Assembly (NCBI GenBank): GCA_963785305.1
Contig: CAWAUV010000008.1
Span: 1,024,001 to 1,088,000 of the forward strand
Length of the DNA stretch: 64,000 nucleotides
Source: an uncultured Planctomycetaceae bacterium
Lineage (GTDB): Bacteria; Planctomycetota; Planctomycetia; Pirellulales; PALSA-1355
Direction of reading: 5' to 3'
A model generated the notes under the pieces. The model was given only the letters and a program-made list of their open reading frames with translations. It was not told the origin of the DNA and made no database searches. A program made the translations under genes and the position numbers. Within the stretch, counting starts at the first letter, position 1. Each line of letters begins with the position of its first letter. This document shows positions 39,079-49,606 of the stretch, in pieces.

Positions 39079-40511
39079 ATCGCCCGCGAATCCATTTCGT
39101 CACCGGCCGGTTGGCCGAATTCTCGCTCCGCGCGGCGCTCGCGCCGCTGGCCGAGTCCGCGGGCTTCGAATATAGCGTCGAGGTGCTCAATATCACGGTC
39201 GCGGCGCTCATGACCACCGAATGGATCGCCAAGCGAATTCATGTGCCGCCCCACGCGGACCGGGTGCTGCTGCCCGGCTATGCGCTGGGCGATCTCGCGC
39301 CGATTGCCGCGCGAACCACGGCCAGGGTCGAACGCGGGCCCAAGGACCTTCGCCGGCTGCCGGAATTTTTTGGGCAATCCGGCGCTCGGCCGGCTGACTA
39401 TGGCGCCCACGATATTCAGATTCTCGCCGAGATCAATCATGCGCCGCAGCTTGCCTTCAGCGAGCTCATCGCCGAGGCTGATCGGCTGCGAGCCGCGGGG
39501 GCCGACGTGATCGATATCGGCTGCTTGCCGGGAGAAGTCTGGAACGACGTGGGCCCGGCGGTGCGGGAGCTCGTGGCCCGGGGACATCGGGTTTCGATCG
39601 ACAGCATGGCGCCAGTCGAGATTGCGGCGGCGACCAGCGCCGGGGCCGAGCTCGTGCTCAGCGTGAATTCGCAAAATCGCCACGCCGCGCTCGACTGGGG
39701 ATGTGAAGTGGTGGCCGTGCCCGACGATCCGCGGTCGCTCGGCGGGCTCGACGAGACCATCGAGTTTCTGGCCTCGGGCGGCGTGCCATTGAGAATCGAC
39801 CCGATTCTCGAGCCGATCGGGTTCGGCTTCGCCGCCAGCTTGGGTCGCTATCTTGAGATTCGCCGCCGCTATCCCGACGCGGAAATGTTGATGGGCATCG
39901 GCAATCTTACGGAACTGACCGACGCCGATTCCGCGGGAATCAATGTGCTCTTGCTCGGATTTTGCCAAGAGCAAGCGATTCATGGCGTGCTCACGACCCA
40001 AGTGGCGCCCTGGGCGCGCAGTTCGGTGCGCGAATGCGATCTCGCCCGGCGGCTTGTGTTTCACGCGGTCCGCCATCGCACATTGCCCAAGCGGCTCGAG
40101 CCGGGTCTCGTGATGCTCCGCGACACGCGCGCCCTCGAAATGGGCGTCGCGGCGCTCGATCGGCTCGCCGCCGAGATCAAGGATCACAACTATCGCATTT
40201 TTGTCGAGGGCGGAGCAGCTGCATGTACTCTCCGCCGGCCAGCACTGGACGGGCGACGATCCTTTCGCGCTCTTCGACATCGCGGCAGCGGCGGCCGAAC
40301 GACCGCTCGACGCGGCCACGCATGTTACCTGGGCTATGAGCTCGCCAAGGCGACCACCGCGCTCACCCTGGGCAAGGACTACCGGCAAGACGAAGCGCTC
40401 GACTGGGGTTTTCTCACGCGGCCCGAGACGCCGCATCGCGTGCGGCGCCGCACGCCACTCGAGCGCGCCGCGCCGGCCGCGCGAGCGGCATCCTTGCCGA
40501 CGGGGCGCTAG
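39075..40511 (+). CDS. Dihydropteroate-synthase-like protein of H4MPT biosynthesis (Orf20/DUF6513 type); two compensating frameshifts near 40210 and 40320
   Basis: HFVTGRLAE, VAALMT, RGPKDL, ILAEI, GADVIDIGC, DPILEPIGFGF, MGIGNLTELTDADSAG and YLGYELAKA...YRQD. Confidence 0.8.
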   Translation: MNRPRIHFVTGRLAEFSLRAALAPLAESAGFEYSVEVLNITVAALMTTEWIAKRIHVPPHADRVLLPGYALGDLAPIAARTTARVERGPKDLRRLPEFFGQSGARPADYGAHDIQILAEINHAPQLAFSELIAEADRLRAAGADVIDIGCLPGEVWNDVGPAVRELVARGHRVSIDSMAPVEIAAATSAGAELVLSVNSQNRHAALDWGCEVVAVPDDPRSLGGLDETIEFLASGGVPLRIDPILEPIGFGFAASLGRYLEIRRRYPDAEMLMGIGNLTELTDADSAGINVLLLGFCQEQAIHGVLTTQVAPWARSSVRECDLARRLVFHAVRHRTLPKRLEPGLVMLRDTRALEMGVAALDRLAAEIKDHNYRIFVEGGAAACTLRRPALDGRRSFRALRHRGSGGRTTARRGHACYLGYELAKATTALTLGKDYRQDEALDWGFLTRPETPHRVRRRTPLERAAPAARAASLPTGR

Positions 40512-40539
40512 CGAATCGGATTCGACCGGTGACGGCGCC

Positions 40540-42016
40540 ATGACTAGCCATTCCGATTCCGATCGCGACGAATTTCCGCTGGTCGTGCGAATCGAGCCGC
40601 CGGCGATGGGCGAGGCATTTCGTCGCTTGGCCGGCAGGCGGCATTGTCTGTTTCTCGACAGCGCGCGGCCCGACGCGAGGCTCGGGCGATATTCATTCCT
40701 CGCGGCCGATCCGTTCGCATGGCTCGAAAAGCCGGCGGCCTCGGAGGCAATCGCCTTGAACCGGTCCTCGGGCCACGATTCGCTCCACGAGCTCGAGGAC
40801 ATACTGGCCCGTTTTCCAACGCCGGCACGCGAAGAGCTTCCGCCCTTTCAAGGCGGCGCGGCGGGGCTATTTGGCTATGAGTTGGCCCATGAGTTCGAGC
40901 GCTTGCCGCGAGCCCGGCACGATGAGTTTCGCGCGCCGGCTTTGGCCGTGGGGCTCTATGATGTGGTGCTGGCGGTCGACCATTCCTCGGGCGCCGCCTG
41001 GATCATCTCGCAAGGCTTTCCCGAAACAGAGCCGCGTGCTCGCCGCCGCCGGGCCCGCGAGCGGCTCGAGGAATTCGCCGCGTGGCTCGCCGCGCCGCCG
41101 ACGCCGCTTGACTGGCCCGAGCCCGCGAGCGTTTCGGCGCCGGGCGGAGTCTCACTCGCGCTCGACGAGCTCGCGCCGTGTTTTCCCGCGGCGGGTCCCG
41201 TCGGGCTGGTGAGCAATTTTTCGCGCGAAGGCTATTTGAGGGCCGTTGCCCGGGCCACCGAATACATTCGCGCCGGCGATATTTTCCAAGTGAACCTTTC
41301 GCGGCGATTGTTGTATCCGGCCCGGGAGCATGCGGCCGAGCTATATCTACGCCTGCGCGAGCGGAACCCAGCGACGTTCGCGGCGTATTTCGACACCGGC
41401 GACGTTTCAACTCGCGAGCGCATCGCCCGAGCGTTTTTTGCAGATTCGCGGCGGCCATGTCGAAACGCGTCCGATCAAGGGCACGCGTCCGCCGCGCCGC
41501 CTCGCCCGAGGCCGATCTTTTCGCGGGCGACGATCTCTTGCAAAGCGAGAAGGACCGGGCCGAGAATGTGATGATCGTCGACCTACTGCGCAACGATCTG
41601 GCCCGCGTGTGTCGGCCCGAGAGTGTGCGGGTCACGCAACTTTGCCGCTTGGAGAGCTATGAGTTCGTGCAGCACTTGGTTTCGGCGGTGGAAGGCGAGT
41701 TGGCGATGGGGCGCTCGCCGCTCGATTTGATGCGCGGCGTTTCCGGGGGGATCGATCTCGGGAGCGCCGAAGATTCGCGCGATGGAGATCATCGCCGAAC
41801 TGGAGCCGACGGCACGCGGGCCCTATTGCGGCTCGCTCGGCTATTTGGGGTTCGATGGCTCGCTCGACACGAGTATTCTGATTCGCACCATCACCGCCGG
41901 GCGCGGTTGGTGGCAAGCGCCGGTCGGCGGCGGCATCGTGGCCCAAAGCGTGCCCGGAGCGCGAATACGAAGAAACATGGCACAAAGCGATCGGGCTGGT
42001 GCGCTCGTTGATATGA
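40540..42016 (+). CDS. pabB: Aminodeoxychorismate synthase component I (several frameshifts)
   Basis: [79 protein letters not shown] and GGGIV, spread over several frames. Confidence 0.85.
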
Positions 42017-42073
42017 CGGCAGAATCGCAGCGACAAACGGCCGCGGGCAGGATGCGACGCGTTCGATCGGCTG

Positions 42074-42889
42074 TTACGCGGCGATAAGCCGGGCCTTGCG
42101 GCGGCGAACCGCGGCCGCCGCGAATGCCGAGGCGCCGAAGATCAACATCGCCAGGGTCGAAGGCTCGGGAACGGCCGATACCGCGAGATTGTTGAATTGG
42201 CCCTCGTCGGGGCTCAAGTTCGCGCCACTGCTGTTATAAAAGAGCTGGAACTGGGAAATGCCCGAGGTGTTGTTGATCGCGCCGGTGATCGTGTCGGTCC
42301 CACCCGTCACGCTGCTGCCGCTAATGGTTAATTGATAATCGCCGACCGCATCCAAAAGCGTAAAGACGACATTATCGAGTTTTTCAAAGTTGTAAGTCAC
42401 CGGGGTAATCTTGGTCCCGTTGTTGTTGAGGTCGGTATAGAAATTGTTACTGCTCCCACCTTCCACAAAGAGGCTGAACAATGTATTCCCGCTCGAGTCT
42501 TGCAAGCTGAATCCGACGTTCGTTCCGGTCTTGGCCTGTGCCGGGGCGGTGGTGATATCGAAAGACTGTCCAGGCTGGAGCACGCCGCCGGTGAGCGACC
42601 GGGTCGCGGTGACGTCGCCGACGTAGCCGCTCGTAAAGCCGACGGTAAAGTAGGAGCCGGGTTCGTTCGCGCCCATGGCTCCCGATTGCACAGTCCCGAA
42701 GCTGCCGCTCGGCGTGGTGTCGACGGTCCACGATCCGAACCCGGATCCACCATTGGCGCCATCAAAACCGTTGCCCGACGTGTAATTCGAGGCTGCGTCC
42801 GACGCGATGTTCGACGCCGAAGCATGCGACGCGAGCGACAACGCGGCGATCGCGAGCAGTTGGGCCAACGCAATGCGGAAAAATCTCAT
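42074..42889 (-). CDS. PEP-CTERM sorting domain surface protein
   Basis: Signal peptide, Gly/Ser/Thr/Asn-rich body and C-terminal [13 protein letters not shown] + TM + RRRK. Confidence 0.9.
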   Translation of the reverse strand: MRFFRIALAQLLAIAALSLASHASASNIASDAASNYTSGNGFDGANGGSGFGSWTVDTTPSGSFGTVQSGAMGANEPGSYFTVGFTSGYVGDVTATRSLTGGVLQPGQSFDITTAPAQAKTGTNVGFSLQDSSGNTLFSLFVEGGSSNNFYTDLNNNGTKITPVTYNFEKLDNVVFTLLDAVGDYQLTISGSSVTGGTDTITGAINNTSGISQFQLFYNSSGANLSPDEGQFNNLAVSAVPEPSTLAMLIFGASAFAAAAVRRRKARLIAA

Positions 42890-43593
42890 GAATGCAACTC
42901 CGCGACTCTATCTTTTGTTTCGACGGCGATGATTGATGTTTGTTGACTTTCGGCGTAACAACGTAATTCGAGAAACGGAACACGGCGCGATCCGGCGCCG
43001 CGAGGGCGCGCAAATTGCCGCCTCGGCGAACGATTTCGAGGGAAAGAGCCAGTCGCCGGAGAAGGCAAGCATGGACGGTCGTGAAGATCCGCGGGGACGC
43101 GAATAATCAATCGTGGTTCAACTTGGCCCGTCCATTTACCATCGGCATTAACAGAAGCCGTTGCCGGCGGACGCGACGTTTAGTCGATCCGCGAGGCGTG
43201 CAACGGATGCCGGAATGATTTCATTAGCGTTCGGAGTCGGAAATGATTCGAGCTAATAAGAAACGCGCCGCCGAAAGCACTCGTTACATCGCTGTAACTT
43301 TCTCTTTGAAGGATACTAATATCGATAGGCGAATGCGTCAATCGGGTTCCGAAAAAACTTGGAATTGCGCGTCGCGGCGCCCAGATGCATCGTGCCAAGC
43401 GAATCGCGCAAGGCCCTCGGCGGCGATTCGAGCTACGATGGAACCCGGTTAAGCCGATCGTACCGGTTACGCACGGCAACGCGGAAATGCATATAAAATA
43501 ATTGATGAATTACGTGAATAACCGAGGCCCTGGAATTGCGTTTCGCGAACATTCCTCGCCGAGCGCCGCCACCGCGAGACAATTGCCCGAGCC

Positions 43594-44253
43594 ATGATCC
43601 TCCTGCTCGATAATTACGACAGTTTCGTGTTCAACCTGTGGCGCTATTTCGAGCGACTGGGGCAGACCACGCGCATCGTGCGGAGCGACGCCATCGATTT
43701 GGCCGGCGTGCGCGAGCTCGCGCCCGCCGCGGTGGTGATCTCGCCCGGGCCATGTAGTCCAAATGAAGCCGGCGCTTCGCTCGACATCGTGCGCGATTGC
43801 CACCGCGAACTGCCGATCTTGGGCGTGTGTCTGGGGCATCAGGCGATTGCCCAATCGCTCGGCGGGCGCGTCGTGCGTGCTCCGTTCCCGATGCACGGCC
43901 GAGCCAGCGCGATTTTGCACGATGGATGTGGAGTATTTGCCGGCATCGCCAGCCCGACCGAAGTATGTCGCTACCATTCGCTCGTGGTCGACGAAGCCTC
44001 GCTACCGCCGGAATTGCGAGTGACGGCCCGCGCGAGCGATGGCGTCGTGATGGCGCTCGAGCATCGCGACTATCCGGTGGTGGGCGTGCAGTTTCATCCC
44101 GAGTCGATTCTCACCGCGGCCGGTTATCCGCTCTTGGCCAATTTTCTGCGCCTCGCGGGCCTTGAGCCGCGCGAGCCGGCGCCGACGCTGGCGAGCGAAC
44201 TCGAAAAACCGTCGCCCGTGTATGAAGCGCCGACACGTCCCGTGACCTTTTAG
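43594..44253 (+). CDS. pabA: Aminodeoxychorismate/anthranilate synthase component II (glutamine amidotransferase)
   Basis: LLDNYDSF, ISPGPC, GVCLGHQ, RYHSL and GVQFHPES. Confidence 0.9.
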   Translation: MILLLDNYDSFVFNLWRYFERLGQTTRIVRSDAIDLAGVRELAPAAVVISPGPCSPNEAGASLDIVRDCHRELPILGVCLGHQAIAQSLGGRVVRAPFPMHGRASAILHDGCGVFAGIASPTEVCRYHSLVVDEASLPPELRVTARASDGVVMALEHRDYPVVGVQFHPESILTAAGYPLLANFLRLAGLEPREPAPTLASELEKPSPVYEAPTRPVTF

Positions 44254-44259
44254 AAAACC

Positions 44260-44852
44260 ATGATTGTCGAAGGCATTTTAACGACCCTGGGCGCCGATGG
44301 CCGCGTACACATGGCGCCGATGGGACCGCGCGTCGACGACGACAGCTCGGGCGCCCCGCCCTGGCGCCGGCTGGTGCTGCGGCCATTTCGCACATCGACC
44401 ACTTATCAAAATCTTCGCCGATTGGGCGCCGCCGTCTTTCATGTCATCGACGATGTCGAGCTGCTGGCCCGGGCCGCGATCGGGCCGCTCGATCCGCCAC
44501 CGCCACTGGCCGCGACGCCCGGCTGCCCCGTGCCCCGCTTGGCCGACGCTTGCCACTGGCACGCGCTCGAAGTCGATTCGATCGACGATCGCGAGGAGCG
44601 AGCGACGATTCTTGCCCGGGTTGTTGGTTCGGGAAGCGTTCGCGAATTCGTGGGACTCAATCGGGCGAAACATGCCGTGGTCGAAGCCGCGATTCTTGCC
44701 ACGCGAGTCAATTTGCTCGAGGCCGCGAGCATTGCGTCGAAGTTCGCCGAGCTCAAGCCGCTCATCGACAAAACCGGCGGCCCAGCCGAGCGACGCGCGT
44801 TTGCCTTGCTCGAGGAATATGTCGCGCGAGGCACGGCCTCGCGGTCGATTGA
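44260..44852 (+). CDS. DUF447-family flavin-binding-type protein (in frame with the following RFAP synthase domain as assembled)
   Basis: EGILTT...HMAPMGP...LRPFRTSTTYQNL...GLNRAKHAVVEAAILATR...KTGGPAE; 3' boundary uncertain. Confidence 0.75.
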
Positions 44853-45791
44853 GCTCTGGGCGCCCAGCCGCTTGCACTTCGGCATGTTTTCATTTGGCCA
44901 TGCGCGAGCGCGGCAGTTTGGTGGCGTGGGCGCGATGATCGACACGCCGGGCCTCGGTCTGCGGGGCTCGCCCGCCGAGCGGTTCGAAGCCGCGGGGCCG
45001 CTGGCCGATCGCGTGGTGGTGTTTGCCGAGCGCGTCGGCCGGGCTTGGGGCTTGCCCGGCGCCGCCAGCAAAACTCGAAGTGCTCTCGGCGCCCGAAACG
45101 CATGTGGGACTCGGCGTGGGCACGCAGTTGGGCCTTGCCGTGGCTTCGGCTTTGGCGAAACTCGCGGGACGCGGGGCGGTCGACGCGCGAGTTGGCCGCC
45201 TGGGTCTCGCGCGGCGAACGATCGGCGGTGGGCGCCCATGGATTCACCTTGGGCGGATTGATCGTCGAGGCCGGCCGCGGGCCGGGAGATTCGCTCGCTC
45301 CGCTCATCGCCCGGCGGCCGCTCCCCGAGGCGTGGCGGTTTGTTTTGGTGCGGCCCGCGCATGCGGCCGGTCTTTCGGGCGAGGCGGAGCGAGCCGCTTT
45401 CGCCGCGCTCCCGCCGGTTCCGGTCGCCCTGACCAACGAGCTTTGCCGCCTCGCGCTCCTGGAGCTCCTTCCGGCGGCGGACGCGGGCGATTTTGTCGGC
45501 TTCAGCCAGGCGCTGTTCGACTACGGCCGACTCGCCGGCCGGTGCTTCACCGCCGATGGCCAAGCTTCCTTTGGCAGCAGGACTCTCGAACGGCTAATCG
45601 GGCAATTGCGCGAGCTGGGCGCCAGGGGCGCGGGCCAAAGCTCCTGGGGCCCGACGCTCTTTGCCCTCGCCCCGTCGCAAGCCGCCGCCGAGTCGCTCGA
45701 ACAGGACCTCCGCCGCGAAGTTCGCGAGCCGGCCCTGACGATCACCATCGCCAAGCCGAACAACCACGGCGCACAGTATAAGGCGGTGTGA
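44819..45791 (+). CDS. mptG: Beta-ribofuranosylaminobenzene 5'-phosphate (RFAP) synthase, GHMP-kinase fold; frameshifts near 45070 and 45185
   Basis: APSRLHFG, RQFGGVG, HVGLGVGTQLGLAV, RGERSAVGAHGFTLGGLIVEAG, GLSGEAE, GQSSWGPT and NHGA. Confidence 0.82.
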
Positions 45792-45876
45792 GACCACTCG
45801 CCAAAAATGGCGATTCGCCCGCCCATCGCATTCCGCGCGCCCGGATCGCAATCCATCAATCCCAACAAGGCCTCCA

Positions 45877-45901
45877 GTTGAAATATTCAACAGGCTGCTA
45901 G
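45877..45901. repeat. Solo end/remnant of the 33336-33492 MITE family
   Basis: GTTGAAATATTCAACAGGCTGCTAG contains the same TCAACAGGCTGCTAG terminus. Confidence 0.7.
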
Positions 45902-46010
45902 AGGCAGGGTCGCTCGATTTGTTAGAATCGGGCGAGCGGGTCGCGCGGTGATCCGCTTTCGAAGGCCGCCGAGCTTTCCCAGCGCGGCCGAAAATGCGTG
46001 CTACAACTCG

Positions 46011-46428
46011 ATGCGACAAAGCGCCGGGACCCTCCTTTATCGATTCGACGATTCCGGCAAGCTCGTCGTGCTGCTGGTGCATCCGGCGGGAAGTTACAAT
46101 CGCAAGAAGCCCTGGAGCATTCCCAAGGGTTTGCCCGACGATGGCGAGTCGCTCGAAGCCGCCGCGCCGGGAAACGCTCGAGGAGGCCGGGGTCACGGCC
46201 GGCGAGTTGCTTCCGCTGGGAAGCATCGAGTATCGTAAGAGCCGCAAGCAAGTCCATGCGTTTGCCGGCCCGGCCCACGATGCGGCGCCGCGCCCGGCAA
46301 GTTGGGAAGTCGATCGGGCCGAATTCATGTCGCTGGCCAAGGCTCGCAAGCGATTGCATCCCGACCAGCAACCATTTTTAGATCGCCTAGTGACGGCGCT
46401 CGGTCTCGACTCCGCCGCGGGCGAATAA
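46011..46428 (+). CDS. NUDIX hydrolase, frameshift near 46168
   Basis: SAGTLLYR, LLVHP and WSIPKGLPDDGESLEAAA, then RETLEEAG (Nudix box) and WEVDRAEF in another frame. Confidence 0.85.
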
Positions 46429-46453
46429 CATCTCCGCTCAAGGACATCGCCTC

Positions 46454-48110
46454 ATGCTCCGCCGCCATCGCGCCGCCGTCGTGTTTGTCGCAAGCCTGTC
46501 ATTATGCGTCCCGGTGTTGTCGGCGCTCATGGAGCGGTTGCCCGCGCGCATGGCGCAAGGCGCCGAGTCGAAACCCGGCGAAGCCGTCACGGAAACCTAC
46601 GATATCGTCGTCTACGGCGGCACGGCCGGCGGCGTGGTGGCGGCCGTCGAAGCGGCGAATCAAGGCAAGCGAGTCGTCTTAATCGAGCCAGGCAAACATT
46701 TAGGCGGGCTTACGGCTGGCGGCCTTGGCGCGACCGATATCGGCAACAAGGGCGCCATCGGGGGGCTTTCGCGCGGCTTCTACAAGCGGCTCGGCCAGCA
46801 CTACAAGCAAGACGAAGCCTGGAAGTTCGAGCCGCATGTGGCCGAGGCAACGCTCGACCGCATGGCTTCCGAGGCCAGTGTCACGGTGGTGCGAGGCGAG
46901 CGACTCGATCTGGCCGCGGGCGTCGACAAACTAGAGGCCCGCATTCGTTCGATTCGCATGGAAAGCGGCCGACGCTTCGCCGGGCGGATGTTCATCGACA
47001 CGTCGTACGAAGGCGATCTGATGGCCAAAACCGGCGTCACTTACAGCATCGGCCGCGAAAGCAATGATGAATATCACGAAACGCTCAACGGCGTGCAACT
47101 CGGCTCGAAGTCGCACCAGTTCGCCCGGCCGGTCGATCCGTATATCGTGCCCGGCAAACCCGAAAGCGGCCTCGTGGCGGAGATCCATGCCGGCGGCCCG
47201 GGCGAGCAAGGCGCAGGGTGACAATCGCATTCAAGCTTATAACTTTCGCATGTGCATGACCGACGTGGCCGAGAATCAGCTTCCATTTCCCAAGCCGCCG
47301 GGCTACGACCCGGCCCGCTACGAACTGCTGCTGCGTTATATGCAAGCCGGCATTTTCGACGTGCTGGGCAACAACCAGCGCATGCCGAACGGCAAGACCG
47401 ACACGAACAACAACGGCGGCTTCGCCAGTGACCATATCGGCGCCAACTACGATTATCCCGACGGCGACTACGCCGCTCGCCAGAGGGTGCTCGACGACCA
47501 TGTCGCGTATCAGCAGGGCATGATGTATTTCCTGGCCAACGACCCGCGCGTGCCGGAAAAATATCAAAAGGAGATTCGCCGCTGGGGACTTTGCAAGGAC
47601 GAGTTCACCGACACGGCCGGCTGGCCCTGGCAGCTTTATGTGCGCGAGGCGCGGCGGATGAAGTCGGACTATGTGATGACCCAGCACAATTGCCAAGGCC
47701 GCGAGGTGGCCGAGGACTCCGTGGGACTCGCCGCCTATGGCATGGACTCGCACAACACGCAGCGTTATGTCAAAGACGGCCACGCCACGAACGAAGGCGA
47801 TGTGCAAGTCCACGGCTTCAAGCCGTATCCGATCTCGTATCGCGCGATCGTACCCAAGGCTTCCGAGTGCGTGAATTTGCTCGTGCCGGTGTGCGTGTCA
47901 TCGACGCATATCGCGTTTGGCTCGATCCGCATGGAGCCGGTGTTCATGGTGCTCGGCCAGTCGGCGGCCACGGCGGCCTGCCAAGCGATCGACAACGATC
48001 AAGAAATTCAAAAAATCGACATCGCCAAACTCCAGCGGCGACTCTTGGCCGATGGCCAAGTGCTCACCTGGGTCGAACGCCCGTCGGCGCCGGGGAAAGC
48101 GCGACGGTAG
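46454..48110 (+). CDS. Secreted FAD-dependent oxidoreductase, frameshift near 47217
   Basis: [21 protein letters not shown] and [10 protein letters not shown], then [18 protein letters not shown] and [11 protein letters not shown]. Confidence 0.88.
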
Positions 48111-48137
48111 GCGACGTCGAACGGCGAATAGCAGGGT

Positions 48138-48898
48138 TCAGTACCCGGCTTGGGCGATCGTTGCCGGGGAGCGTCCCGCGGCGACGAGGAACTCGCGAAA
48201 TTCAACGTTGATGTGTTCGTCGCAAAGATGGACGAGAAATTCGATATCGTCGATGACTTTTCAATACGGTGCCGCCTTTGGCGAGCGGTTCGGGGGCGAT
48301 CAAAATTGTGAATGCAGTCGTGGCGCCGCTGGAAGATTGTGCGAAAACGCGCATCAAATTGGTCGATGGCCGCTTTCCTCGCGTAACGCTGATCACGCGG
48401 CGTTTTCGCGGCAAATTCAACGCGATCGACGCCAAAAAGTCGAATCTTCGCTTCCGGCAGGCGCATCCACCGATCAAGTTGATCGTTGAATCGTCGATGG
48501 CCTTTACGGCAGAATTTGTTGAATAGTATCTAATGGCGGCAAGACTGATGACGTTTTCGCGTTCCATCATCTTTCGGACAGCCCATTCGCCATCGCCAGC
48601 TCTCGTTGTTGTACGGCTCGAGAATGGCGCGGAGCGGGAATTTCACTTCGTAGAACCACTCCGGCAAAGTGATCGTGGGCTGCCGGCTCTTTGAACTTGC
48701 CGTCGCGACGACGTCCGTGTATGCGTCGCGGAAGTAAGCATCAAGCGCGCCGACGGCGAACATCCACGCGCCGCGGAGAATATCCGAGCGGAGCAAACTC
48801 TCGAAGGGAAGCGCTTGCGGCAGCGTGTCCGCGTGGCTCACAAGCGTTCTCGCCCTTGCAATATCCTCTCTAAAATGCTGGAGGGCGGTGGCGGGCAC
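48138..48898 (-). CDS. HEPN-like (R-x4-H) predicted RNase; three or more frameshifts, error or pseudogene unresolved
   Basis: N-terminal FREDIARA...DILRGAWMFAVGALDAYF; C-terminal IFQRRHDCIHNFDRP (R-H-D-C-I-H at 48308-25); ends AQAGY-stop. Confidence 0.65.
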
Positions 48899-48937
48899 TG
48901 GTGGAATCCTGAAATCGCTCGTCGGAAGGGCGCTGCC

Positions 48938-49228
48938 TCAGTCCGCTTCGGCGTAACCAATCACTCCTTCGTCGTAACGGATTCGATCATCTTCTTCGTT
49001 GTACCAGACATTGCGGTCCGCCGGAAAAATGACATTCCAGAGGTCGACGATCTCCTCGGCCAAAAGCTCGTCACGGACATGCCGGGCGATGTCGGTCGCC
49101 GAAAGCGTCGCCGGTATCGACTGTTCGGGGTAAATTTCGGCATAGATGGCGGCGAGCGTCGATGGGTTCGATTTCTCGACGAATTCGGCCAACTTTTCGG
49201 CAGCCAAGCTTTTTTCGATCGCGGGCAT
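48938..49228 (-). CDS. Small acidic hypothetical protein (candidate HEPN partner)
   Basis: GAGGG RBS; 96 aa ending EEIVDLWNVIFPADRNVWYNEEDDRIRYDE; 39 bp upstream of the HEPN-like gene. Confidence 0.65.
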   Translation of the reverse strand: MPAIEKSLAAEKLAEFVEKSNPSTLAAIYAEIYPEQSIPATLSATDIARHVRDELLAEEIVDLWNVIFPADRNVWYNEEDDRIRYDEGVIGYAEAD

Positions 49229-49333
49229 ACGTCCCTCAAGTCCGGCCAAATTCGACCACCTATCGACATTCGATCGACACGGCGCCACCAAAACAAATCA
49301 GACGCCACTGCCGGCAAACGTTCGCTCGCGTAC

Positions 49334-49373
49334 AAAAAAAACCCCCGCAAGCGCGCTTGCGGGAGGTTTTTTT
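49334..49373. terminator. Intrinsic terminator (bidirectional-type)
   Basis: A8-CCCCCGCAAGC-GC-GCTTGCGGGAGG-T7, downstream of the 49406 gene. Confidence 0.85.
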
Positions 49374-49405
49374 CTTGTATCACAGCGCTATTTTGCCTGA
49401 GTGGC

Positions 49406-49606
49406 TCAGCCGCTGCGCATATTGTGAACACGGCGGACGTTGTTGCCATAGAAGTGGCCGGGACGATTGGGCCGCTCCGTGATCGGCATCGAACGAATCT
49501 GTTGACGGACTTCCGCCCGGTTCATGGCTTGCGCCGTGCCGGCCGAAGCGAAATGAAACGCCGCCGTGGCGCCCAGCGCCACCATCAACATCGCAAAGTT
49601 CTTCAT
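49406..49606 (-). CDS. Small secreted basic peptide/protein
   Basis: GAGGAG RBS, signal peptide ending AQA, mature MNRAEVRQQIRSMPITERPNRPGHFYGNNVRRVHNMRSG, followed by a strong terminator. Confidence 0.7.
   Translation of the reverse strand: MKNFAMLMVALGATAAFHFASAGTAQAMNRAEVRQQIRSMPITERPNRPGHFYGNNVRRVHNMRSG

Noticed and set aside
43385..43400. Sigma-54 promoter for the PEP-CTERM gene (TGGCACG on minus strand)
   Set aside because: The -12 TTGC element is absent at the required spacing.
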